DNA of 64,000 nucleotides from NCBI GenBank assembly GCA_051530055.1, contig CM121342.1, positions 4,091,489 through 4,155,488 on the forward strand, read 5' to 3'. Made by a program: the position numbers and the translations under genes. Origin of the DNA: Neoechinorhynchus agilis (taxonomy: Eukaryota > Animalia > Acanthocephala). Below, piece after piece: positions 52,601 through 64,000 of the stretch; position 1 is the stretch's first letter, and each line of letters begins with the position of its first letter. Below the pieces are notes generated by a model. It ran no database searches and was not told the DNA's origin. It worked only from the letters and a program-made list of their open reading frames with translations.

Positions 52601-55600
52601 CGTCTTCTACTCGCTCGGGGACTTCATCGCAATGGTTAAAGTATTGAAAAACAGTCTAAAGAAAGTTTTATAACTTTTTCCAAAATAAAAATTCGCTAAA
52701 ATTAAATTATTTCGCCTTTATCAAAACAAAGAATAAAAATAATTCAATTTTAATATTTCGTCTTCTACTCGCGCGGGGACTTCATCGGAATGGTTAAAAT
52801 ATTAAAAAACAATCCAAAGAAAGTTTTATAACTTTTTTTCGCAATAAAAATTCGCTAAAATTAAATTATTTCGCCTTTATCAAAACAAAGAATAAAAATA
52901 ATTCAATTTTAATATTTCGTCTTCTACTCGCGCGAGGACTTCATCGGAATGATTAAAATATTAAAAAACAGTCTAAAGAAAGTTTTATAACTTTTTTCGC
53001 AATAAAAATTCGTTAAAATTAAATTATTTCGCCTTTATCAAAACAAAGAATAAAAATAATTCAATTTTAATATTTCGTCTTCTACTCGCGCGAGGACTTC
53101 ATCGGAATGGTTAAAATATTAAAAAACAGTCTAAAGAAAGTTTTATAACTTTTTCAAAAAATTCGCACTTTTTTTCGCAATAAAAATTCGCTAAAATTAA
53201 ATTATTTCACCTTTATCAAAACGAAGAATAAAAATAATTCAATTTTAGTATTTCGTCTTCTACTCGCGCGAGGACTTCATCGGAATGGTTAAAATATTAA
53301 AAAACAGTCTAAAGAAAGTTTTATAACTTTTTTCGCAATAAAAATTCGCTAAAATTAAATTATTTCGCCTTTATCAAAACAAAGAATAAAAATAATTCAA
53401 TTTTAATATTTCGTCTTCTACTCGCGCGAGGACTTCATCGGAATGATTAAAATATTAAAAAACAGTCTAAAGAAAGTTTTATAACTTTTTTTCGCAATAA
53501 AAATTCGCTAAAATTAAATTATTTCGCCTTTATCAAAACAAAGAATAAAAATAATTCAATTTTAATATTTCGTCTTCTACTCGCGCGAGGACTTCATCGG
53601 AATGGTTAAAATATTAAAAAACAGTCTAAAGAAAGTTTTATAACTACTTTTTTTCGCAATAAAAATTCGCTAATATTAAATTATTTCACCTTTATCAAAA
53701 CGAAGAATAAAAATAATTCAATTTTAGTATTTCGTCTTCTACTCGCGCGAGGACTTCATCGGAATGGTTAAAATATTAAAAAACAGTCTAAAGAAAGTTT
53801 TATAACTTTTTTTCGCAATAAAAATTCGTTAAAATTAAATTATTTCGCCTTTATCAAAACAAAGAATAAAAATAATTCAATTTTAGTATTTCGTCTTCTA
53901 CTCGCGCGAGGACTTCATCGGAATGATTAAAATATTAAAAAACAGTCTAAAGAAAGTTTTATAACTTTTTTTCGCAATAAAAATTCGCTAAAATTAAATT
54001 ATTTCGCCTTTATCAAAACAAAGAATAAAAATAATTCAATTTTAATATTTCGTCTTCTACTCGCGCGAGGACTTCATCGGAATGATTAAAATATTAAAAA
54101 ACAGTCTAAAGAAAGTTTTATAACTTTTTTTCGCAATAAAAATTCGCTAAAATTAAATTATTTCGCCTTTATCAAAGCAAAGAATAAAAATAATTCAATT
54201 TTAATATTTCGTCTTCTACTCGCGCGAGGACTTCATCGGAATGGTTAAAATATTAAAAAACAGTCTAAAGAAAGTTTTATAACTTTTTCCAAAATAAAAA
54301 TTCGCACTTTTTTTCGCAATAAAAATTCGCTAATATTAAATTATTTTATTTCACCTTTATCAAAACGAAGAATAAAAATAATTCAATTTTAGTATTTCGT
54401 CTTCTACTCGCGCGAGGACTTCATCGGAATGGTTAAAATATTAAAAAACAGTCTAAAGAAAGTTTTATAACTTTTTTCGCAATAAAAATTCGCTAAAATT
54501 AAATTATTTCGCCTTTATCAAAACAAAGAATAAAAATAATTCAATTTTAGTATTCGTCTTCTACTCGCGCGAGACTTCATCGGAATGGTTAAAATATTAA
54601 AAAACAGTCTAAAGAAAGTTTTATAACTTTTTTTCGCAATAAAAATTCGCTAAAATTAAATTATTTCACCTTTATCAAAACAAAGAATAAAAATAATTCA
54701 ATTTTAATATTTCGTCTTCTACTCGCGCGAGGACTTCATCGGAATGGTTAAAATATTAAAAAACAGTCTAAAGAAAGTTTTATAACTTTTTTTCGCAATA
54801 AAAATTCGCTAAAATTAAATTATTTCGCCTTTATCAAAACAAAGAATAAATTATTTTTTCACTTATCAAAACGAAGAATAAAAATAATTCAATTTTAGTA
54901 TTTCGTCTTCTACTCGCGCGAGGACTTCATCGGAATGGTTAAAATATTAAAAAACAGTCTAAAGAAAGTTTTATAACTTTTTTTCGCAATAAAAATTCGC
55001 TAAAATTAAATTATTTCGCCTTTATCAAAACAAAGAATAAAAATAATTCAATTTTAATATTTCGTCTTCTACTCGCGCGGGGACTTCATCGGAATGATTA
55101 AAATATTAAAAAACAGTCTAAAGAAAGTTTTATAACTTTTTTTCGCAATAAAAATTTGTTAAAATTAAATTATTTCGCCTTTATCAAAGCAAAGAATAAA
55201 AATAATTCAATTTTAATATTTCGTCTTCTACTTGCGCGAGGACTTCATCGGAATGGTTAAAATATTAAAAAACAGTCTAAAGAAAGTTTTATAACTTTTT
55301 CCAAAATAAAAATTCGCACTTTTTTTCGCAATAAAAATTCGCTAATATTAAATTATTTTATTTCACCTTTATCAAAACGAAGAATAAAAATAATTCAATT
55401 TTAGTATTTCGTCTTCTACTCGCGCGAGGACTTCATCGGAATGGTTAAAATATTAAAAAACAGTCTAAAGAAAGTTTTATAACTTTTTTCGCAATAAAAA
55501 TTCGCTAAAATTAAATTATTTCGCCTTTATCAAAACAAAGAATAAAAATAATTCAATTTTAGTATTTCGTCTTCTACTCGCGCGAGGACTTCATCGGAAT

Positions 55601-55908
55601 GATTAAAATATTAAAAAACAGTCTAAAGAAAGTTTTATAACTTTTTTTCGCAATAAAAATTCGCTAAAATTAAATTATTTCGCCTTTATCAAAACAAAGA
55701 ATAAAAATAATTCAATTTTAATATTTCGTCTTCTACTCGCGCGAGGACTTCATCGGAATGATTAAAATATTAAAAAACAGTCTAAAGAAAGTTTTATAAC
55801 TTTTTTTCGCAATAAAAATTGGTTAAAATTAAATTATTTCGCCTTTATCAAAACAAAGAATAAAAATACTTCAATTTTAATATTTCGTCTTCTACTCGCG
55901 CGAGGACT
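52601..55908. repeat. Tandem satellite, ~159-bp unit (some ~178-bp variants), ~20 copies
   Basis: cgtcttctactcgc at 52601, 52759, 52918, 53076 and 53254. Confidence 0.97.
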
Positions 55909-56070
55909 TACGGCTAAAATGTTTCGTTTCATTGACTATGGAAATCGAATTGTTGTAAAGATTTTGTTTGGTGTTGTAAAAGAAAAGTTTTTTCTATTAA
56001 CCTTCGCCGGTTTCGTGTGATTTTAAAAGTATCAACCTAAACCATCGGTTTTCTAAATACCATTACAGAT

Positions 56071-56731
56071 ATGGTACGTCCACATTGTGGATCATTGAGC
56101 GGATATCCTGATTAGTTTCGAATAGATTAATTTTGTATTGTTGTTCAGTCGCCAGGGCAAGCTTCGTCTTCAGAAATGGTACAATACTTCAACAGTTGGT
56201 TCCAATAGGAAGAAGGTTATCAGAGAAGTCATTTCTCTTGTACTGAGTCGAAAACCTAAGATGTGTAACTTTATTAACTGGAAAGATTTAAAGATCGTTT
56301 ATAAGAGGTTAGTTTTTATACGAGGATATTTTGCTAACTTTTAAATCTAGGTATGCAAGTTTATTTTTTTGTTGTGCCGTAGACCAAGACGACAATGAGA
56401 TTTTGGTTTTGGAGATTATTCACAGATATGTCGAACTGCTAGATAAGTATTTCGGCAGTGTGAGTTTTTAAAAGTCACATTTCTTTACTTACCAAAAAAA
56501 TAGGTATGCGAGTTGGATATTATTTTTAATTATGAGAAGGCGTACTTCGTTTGGGATGAGTACATTCTCGGTGGAGAATTGCAGGAAATTAGTCGGAAAT
56601 TGGTTTTAAAGGCAGTGACCGATCAGGACATTATTCAGGATGTAAGTGAACTTTTAAGAAAAATCTCTTTTAAGGTCAGGTTTTAGGAAGAAACTCCTCA
56701 AGGATTCTTTGATGATCACGGTCTAGGTTGA
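56071..56731 (+). CDS. AP1S: AP-1 adaptor complex sigma subunit, 158 aa; exons 56071-56073, 56126-56307, 56351-56459, 56504-56641, 56687-56731
   Basis: [20 protein letters not shown]...[23 protein letters not shown]...[28 protein letters not shown]. Four GT-AG introns (52, 43, 44, 45 nt) give 477 nt in frame. Confidence 0.97.
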
Positions 56732-57041
56732 CAAGACACATCGACAAATAAACGATTATCAGCGTATCGATATATATATTGATTTTGTCGCTTTTAAGTG
56801 ACAGTGTTCTATTTTTAGAGGAAAATCCCGATTTTAACACACACATTTTTAACAGTTTCGATTCTGAGGATCCTTTCTGAATCGTTGATTCTAATTCGAC
56901 GGTATCAAGCGACTGATCGAAACGTAATTTTTGTAAATAATTTCACTTGCAGACTTTGAAGGAATCACATGGTTGAAAATTTTCAAAAAAATTGTGTTTA
57001 TCATCTAAAAGATGATTGAACTTGTTTTATGGCGTAGAAAA

Positions 57042-57217
57042 AAAATTAAAATGAACTTAATCTCAAAAATCCGACTGATTTCGGCATGGCACAATTTTGT
57101 AAGGCTTTTTTTGATCAAGGTTGTTAAAGTGTTTTATTGGATCTTGACCAAAAAGTGTACAAGATTGTGCCTTGCCGAAATCAGTCGGATTTTTGAAATT
57201 AAAATCATTTTAATTTT
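57042..57217. repeat. Foldback/MITE-like inverted repeat, ~76-bp arms, 23-nt loop
   Basis: 57042-57119 pairs with 57143-57217 (core tcaaaaatccgactgatttcggca / tgccgaaatcagtcggatttttga) with a few mismatches. Confidence 0.8.
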
Positions 57218-57454
57218 ATTATCTGCCGCTCATTTGTCGCCTATCGACTAAATGACCTTAATCATCTTTATCAAACAATCCATCGTACAAAATGTACCGA
57301 AAAAACTCATAGAGAAAATAAAAGCTCTTTCAGAAGCAAAATTACATTGTTTTTATTTTGGACGTGCCAAACGCCATTTGTCGTAGTCTCTAATTTTTAA
57401 TATCGATATTTTTTGGAGCAAAAAATGCGCTTTTTTTCAATTTATATTGCTTTT

Positions 57455-59342
57455 GCTTCGGGGCTAAGGCCTCAGCACCTAAAGGACTTTACAACTGGTG
57501 AAGCAGCTTTCTCCTTAGAAAGGTCGCTTTCTCGGTTAGTCGACCGCCTGACTGGAGAGGATTTGAATCTCGTCGTAAAAAAACCTATTTTTCGAAGAAT
57601 CATTACATGCCCTCACAAAAAAAGAAGGTGGGATTCGTCCAATCGCCGTATCACGCCGACTTGCAGGAAAAATTCTGAAAACCGGACAGCAGCTTCGTCC
57701 AGTCCAACTGGGTTGCTGCGGGGCGGAAGCTATTGTCCACTCGCTCCGAAACTTCACTGCAAGGAGCTCAGAGTCGTGCTTGATTCTTAAGTGTGATTTT
57801 TCAGAATGCCTTTAACTCTCTCAATAGAGAAACCATGTTCTGCGCAATTAGGGATCACGCACCAGAAGCCTTCCAGTATTTTCTCAATGCCTTCGCGACG
57901 GCGACTCCTTTGCTTTTCGAAGACCACCTCATTTGGTCCGAAAGAGGAGTGCAGCAAGGAGATCCCCTCGGTCCAATCGCATTCTCCCTAACAGTAAATC
58001 CAATAGCGCATTCTCTCGATTCCTGCTTCAACGCTTGGTACTTGGATGACGCTACGCTCGGAGGTGATCCCTCCGTTGTACTGCGCGATTTGGAGACGCT
58101 GATTAGGGAGACCTCGAAGATGGGCATTGAGCTCAATGCTGGAAAATGTGAGCTCCTTGTATTGAATATTGGAGACGCCGCCAAAGTCAAAGAACTAATG
58201 GCTGGGTTCGAGGCCGTAGCTCCAGGCCTGAAACTCGTGACTCGGGAACAACTCAGCCTCCTGGGCAGTTGCGTCTTCGATTCAAATGTGGAAGATGAGA
58301 TCGGCCATATCATACCGAAACTTTCGTTGCTGTGCGATAGGGTGAGCGCTCTCTGGACTCATGAAGCGTTATTTCTGATAAAGAACGCGCTCTTCATCCC
58401 CAAATTATTGTACAAGGTTCGCACAGCAACATTTTTCAAACATAAGGAAGGATTGGCAAAGCTCGACGACAAGGTGAGGGCTTGTCTCGAGCGTATTTTA
58501 AATGTCCAGCTCCCAGATGAGGCGTGGCGACAAGCTACTTTGCCAGTATCATCTGGGGGATTGGGAATTCGTTTGAGGGGAGCCTATCAGTCTCGAAGAA
58601 CATTTTGAAGGAAAAGTTGTGTCTTGACCGGGATTTCGTGGTGGCGGTTGAAGAATGGTGCCAGCAGACCGGCGCTAACCATGTTTCCGTGAATGGCCTC
58701 AGACAGTCGATCTGGGACGGAAATCTTGTCGCGAGAGCTCACAGCTCTCTACTTTCCGGTTTTCGCGATGGGGTCGTCCGAGCTAGATTGTTCACGAGAA
58801 TCTGGGGCGTGGTTGGAGGCTATTCCTCTGGCATCTGTGGGAACTCTTCTCACTGATGAGGTAACGAGGATCGCAGTATCCTTAAGACTTGGTCTCCCGA
58901 TATGCACGCCCCATCGCTGTCGATGTGGGTCTTTGGTTGATGCTTTCGGGCGACACGGTCTCGTCTGCCGAAAGTCAGGAGGAAGGTTTTCACGCCATTC
59001 TGAAATCAATAACGCAATTTCTCGGGCGTTGAGAACATCGAACTTCCCCAACATCCTGGAACCCGCCCACCTTTGTCGACTAGACGGCCGTAGGCCCGAT
59101 GGAATTTCGGTCTTCCCGTGGCGGGAGGGCAAATGCCTTCTCTGGGACGCCACGTCCCTCGCAGCCAGCAACATCCGCTACTCCCTCGAAATCGCTGGTG
59201 GTGCCGCCAGTGCAGCGGAAGGGAGGAAAATACGGAAATATCTTCACTTATCGAGGGCTCACTATTTTGTCCCCTTCGGAGTAGTGGAGCGTTTGGCAGC
59301 TCGGCACTCGCGACAAAATATCTCGCCGGCAGTACAACGAGG
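57455..59342 (+). mobile_element. Decayed, 5'-truncated non-LTR retrotransposon with RT and C-terminal CCHC + restriction-like endonuclease (CRE-clade-like)
   Basis: GLRPQHLKD; ALTKKEGGIRPIAV..RRL; LKCDFQNAFNS (frameshifted); QQGDPLGP; WYLDD; GGLGIR; CRCG..D..G.H..C...RH; DGRRPDG..PW..GKCLLWDAT; terminal ISPAVQRG. At least three frameshifts and apparent small in-frame deletions. Confidence 0.88.
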
Positions 59343-59344
59343 CC

Positions 59345-60555
59345 CTAGGAAGGATAGAAGCTAAGATTTTGGGGACGGTGGTGACAAAAATCTTTTATTA
59401 ATTCTTTTTTTTCGATTAAATGCAAATTTACAATTGGTTGAAGTGACGCAGCGGAAATTCATTCTTTTAAATATTTTTTTTTCGAAAACAGCCACATTCT
59501 AATAGAACTTACGTAAATTTATTGAGACTATCGTCATCATCGACTAATTCGCAAGTCACACTTCCTACATTAGCACATTTGTGACCATCGTCATTTCCCA
59601 TTTTCCCATTTAACTTATTAATCTTTTCTGCCAATAACAATATAGTTGAACAAAAGTCTGGATCATTTAGTTTTTCTTTAACAACGTCTTTACATTGATC
59701 GCTTTTGCTGCACGAATCGATACTTGCCATAAAGTCATTAGTCAATCGTGGTGCTGCTGCTCGGTAATGATGATATCGTTCATTTCTCTGACTTCCAGAA
59801 TGTATCGAATCGAACTGATAATGATGAATATCGCTATTTTGTCTCTTGACTTTACTTTGATCGTCGTAAATTCGTTCAATGTATCCTGAATTTACTCTTG
59901 ATTTACTCATTGCAGTTTGCACTGCTTTAGTCGTATAATTCTTATATTGAACTTTAGAGAGTTGTGTTCGTGGGGATGCAATGGAACAAAGACTACTATT
60001 ATCTTCGATTGAATGGTCGGAATTATCGGGAATATCGGTATAAAACCGATCTTTCGTTTCATTTCCTTTAAATCTAGGATGCCTTCGTCGTCTTTGGACA
60101 GGAACGTAGACTTCAGTGGCACCGTTTCGCTGTAAAACCCTAGGTTGTGCATCTCGTGGATCGTTTGAATCAAGTTCAAAATAATGAACGCTATGAACGA
60201 TTTTGCCTCCACATGGCTTCTCATTTCTTCTCAACTCACTTAATTTCCCAATATTTAAACCAAACATGGGATTCATTATTGTGTTTTCGTTTGCTGGAAT
60301 CCGGTGTCCAACATTGAACCGTTGCGGCTGCTGAGGCAAGGGTTCAATGTGTTGGTAGATGGTTTTATGTTGGGACGAGAACATCGCAAGATGAGTTTCG
60401 TGGAGTTGCTTGCTTTTAAGCTACTCGCTTTTTTCTAACGTGAGGTCACATGACTTTTCCTTTAGTAGTCTTCGGAGGTTAATCGTCGTTTGACAATGCG
60501 AATTTGCCCTCGTGTCTTTAATCGAGGTGTTCATTTCTAGTCCCAGCTTCTCGAG
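59345..60555 (-). CDS. Orphan multi-exon gene (exons 60555-60455, 60412-59513, 59463-59432, 59391-59345); 5' end unresolved
   Basis: The 291-codon ORF 60384-59509 ends exactly at a gtaagt donor. Introns of 42, 49 and 40 nt keep the frame to a TAG at 59347-59345. No domain recognised. Confidence 0.65.
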
Positions 60556-60760
60556 CTGAAAAGAGCAGATCAAATGTCAACTCAATTAATGGGATCCTTT
60601 TTTTCTTCTTAAAAAAACTGATTCCGTCATTTTTTATAGACCTCGAAACGAAGAACACAAAAATTGAACGTTTTTAAGCGTGACGTCATCGACACGGAAG
60701 AAATTAGAATTATTGACCAACGTCACAGATTTACCCGGTTTGGTATAGGTCGATTCGAGA

Positions 60761-63700
60761 TTTTACGTCTTTTTTGAAAACGTCCAAGAATTTCCATTTT
60801 TTATTCGAACTGAAATCGTTCCATTACAAGGAGGGTAAAAATTTGTTTTAAAATCTCCAGCGTCAAAGGAGATTTTTCCACGGTTTTCCTTGTTATTTTA
60901 CGTCTTTTTTGAAAACGTCCAAGAATTTCCATTTTTTATTCAAATAAAAATCGTTCCATTACAAGGAGGGTAAAAATTTGTTTTAAAATCTTCGGCGTCA
61001 AAGGAGATTTTTCCACGGTTTTCTTCGTTATTTTACGTCTTTTGAAAACGTCCAAGAATTTCCATTTTTTATTCAAATAAAAATCGTTCCATTACAAGGG
61101 GGTAAAAATTTGTTTTAAAATCTCCGGCGTCAAAGGAGATTTTTCCCGGTTTTCACTTTTTTGAAAACGTCCAGGAATTTCCATTTTTTATTCAAATAAA
61201 AATCGTTCATTACAAAAAATTTGTTTAAAATCTCCAGCGTCAAAATTTTTCCCTTTCTTGTTATTTTACGTCTTTTTTGAAAACGTCCAGAATTTCCATT
61301 TTTTATTCAAATAAAAATCGTTCTATTACAAGGGGGTAAAAATTTGTTTTAAAATCTCCGGCGTCAAAGGAGATTTTTCCCCGGTTTTCCTTCTTATTTT
61401 ACGTCTTTTTTGAAAACGTCCAAGAATTTCCATTTTTTATTCAAATAAAAATCGTTCCATTACAAGGGGGGTAAAAATTTGTTTTAAAATCTTCGGCGTC
61501 AAAGGAGATTTTCCACGGTTTTCTTCGTTATTTTACGTCTTTTTTGAAAACGTCCAAGAATTTCCATTTTTTATTCAAATAAAAATCGTTCCATTACAAG
61601 GGGGGTAAAAATTTGTTTTAAAATCTCCGGCGTCAAAGGAGATTTTTCCCGGTTCTCAACAGGGGGTAAAAATTTGTTTTAAAATCTCGCGTCAAACTCA
61701 TTTTCCCCGGTTTTCTTTGTTATAATTCGATTCGAGCTCACGATTTTACGCCTCATTTTTTGAAAACGTCCAGGAATTTCCATTTTTTATTCAAATAAAA
61801 ATCGTTCCATTACAAGGGGGGGAAAAATTTGATTTAAAATCTCCAGCGTCAAACTCTATTTTTCCCCGGTTTTCTTCGTTATTTTACGTCTTTTTTGAAA
61901 ACGTCCAAGAATTTCCATTTTTTATTCAAATAAAAATCGTTCCATTACAAGGAGGGTAAAAATTTGTTTTAAAATCTTCGGCGTCAAAGGAGATTTTTCC
62001 ACGGTTTTCTTCGTTATTTTACGTCTTTTTTGAAAACGTCCAAGAATTTCCATTTTTTATTCAAATAAAAATCGTTCCATTACAAGGGGGGTAAAAATTT
62101 GTTTTAAAATCTTCGGCGTCAAAGGAGATTTTTCCCCGGTTTTCTTTGTTATAATTCGATTCGTGGTCGTGATTTTACGTCTTTTTTGAAAACGTCCAGG
62201 AATTTCCATTTTTTATTCAAATAAAAATCGTTCTATTACAAGGGGGGGAAAAATTTGATTTAAAATCTCCAGCGTCAAACTCTATTTTTCCCCGGTTTTC
62301 TTCGTTATTTTACGTCTTTTTTGAAAACGTCCAGGAATTTCCATTTTTTATTCAAACTAAAATCGTTCCATTACAAGGGGGTAAAAATTTGTTTTAAAAT
62401 CTTCGGCGTCAAAGGAGATTTTTCCACGGTTTTCTTCGTTATTTTACGTCTTTTTTGAAAACGTCCAGGAATTTCCATTTTTTATTAAAATAAAAATCGT
62501 TCTATTACAAGGGGGTAAAAATTTGTTTTAAAATCTCCGGCGTCAAAGAAGATTTTTCCCCGGTTTTCCTTGTTATTTTACGTCTTTTTTGAAAACTCCA
62601 AGAATTTCCATTTTTATTCAAATAAAATCGTTCTATTACAAGGGGGGTAAAAATTTGTTTTAAAATCTTCGGCGTCAAACTCTATTTTCCCCGGTTTTCT
62701 TTGTTATAATTCGATTCGAGCTCACGATTTTACGCCTCATTTTTTGAAAACGTCCAGGAATTTCCATTTTTTATTCAAATAAAAATCGTTCTATTACAAG
62801 GGGGGTAAAAATTTGTTTTAAAATCTCCAGCGTCAAACTCCATTTTTCCCCGGTTTTCCTTGTTATTTTACGTCTTTTTTGAAAACGTCCAAGAATTTCC
62901 ATTTTTTATTCAAATAAAAATCGTTCTATTACAAGGGGGTAAAAATTTGTTTTAAAATCTCCGGCGTCAAACTCTATTTTTCCCCGGTTTTCTTCGTTAT
63001 TTTACGTCTTTTTTGAAAACGTCCAGGAATTTCCATTTTTTATTCAAATAAAAATCGTTCTATTACAAGGGGGTAAAAATTTGTTTTAAAATCTCCGGCG
63101 TCAAAGGAGATTTTTCCCCGGTTTTCCTTCTTATTTTACGTCTTTTTTGAAAACGTCCAAGAATTTCCATTTTTTATTCAAATAAAAATCGTTCCATTAC
63201 AAGGGGGGTAAAAATTTGTTTTAAAATCTTCGGCGTCAAAAATTTTCCCGGTTCATACCAAAACCAAACCAAAAAAAAAATCGTTCATTACAAGGGGGTA
63301 AAAATTTGTTTTAAAATCTTCGGCGTCAAACTCTATTTTCCCCGGTTTTCTTTGTTATAATTCGATTCGAGCTCACGATTTTACGCCTCATTTTTTGAAA
63401 ACGTCCAGGAATTTCCATTTTTTATTCAAATAAAAATCGTTCCATTACAAGGGGGGAAAAATTTGATTTAAAATCTCCAGCGTCAAACTCTATTTTTCCC
63501 CGGTTTTCTTCGTTATTTTACGTCTTTTTTGAAAACGTCCAAGAATTTCCATTTTTATTCAAATAAAAATCGTTCATTACAAGGGGGTAAAAATTTGTTT
63601 TAAAACCCCAAAACCCCTTTTATTTTACGTCTTTTGAAAACGTCCAAGAATTTCCATTTTTTATTCAAATAAAAATCGTTCCATTACAAGGGGGTAAAAA

Positions 63701-64000
63701 TTTGTTTTAAAATCTTCGGCGTCAAACCATTTTTCCCCGGTTTTCTTTGTTATTTTACGTCTTTTTGAAAACGTCCAAGAATTTCCATTTTTTATTCAAA
63801 TAAAAATCGTTCCATTACAAGGGGGGTAAAAATTTGTTTTAAAATCTCCGGCGTCAAAGGAGATTTTTCCACGGTTTTCTTCGTTATTTTACGTCTTTTT
63901 TGAAAACGTCCAAGAATTTCCATTTTTTATTCAAATAAAAATCGTTCCATTACAAGGGGGGTAAAAATTTGTTTTAAAATCTCCGGCGTCAAAGGAGATT
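60761..64000. repeat. Tandem satellite, ~135-bp unit, ~24 copies (open at window end)
   Basis: ttttacgtcttttttgaaaacgtcca at 60761, 60896 and 61031. Some units carry an insertion taattcgattcgagctcacga. Confidence 0.97.

Noticed and set aside
20268-59889. Antisense ORFs overlapping the Ig, MPDZ, retrotransposon and orphan genes
   Set aside because: They are shadow ORFs of real coding sequence on the opposite strand or in another frame.

Overview
AT-rich eukaryotic DNA from an invertebrate animal, inferred from the gene content and the compact GT-AG introns (mostly 40-60 nt). The species cannot be determined from the sequence. About half of the window (~32 kb) is tandem repeat: nine large, mutually unrelated arrays (units ~232, 21-25, 92, 121, 187, 172, 93/88, 159 and 135 bp) plus a small 102-bp array, packed between and against genes. 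Recognisable genes are a 5-Ig+FN3 Sidestep/nephrin-type receptor (minus strand), a two-EF-hand protein, an MPDZ/PATJ-family multi-PDZ scaffold, PGAP4/TMEM246 and the AP-1 sigma subunit. There is also a decayed CRE-type non-LTR retrotransposon, three foldback elements and several orphan multi-exon genes. The most striking observation is that two arrays (after MPDZ and after PGAP4) have a repeat unit made of the gene's last ~17-18 codons, stop codon and AATAAA. A third array grades into a splice-donor region. This suggests satellites repeatedly arise from gene ends at this locus.
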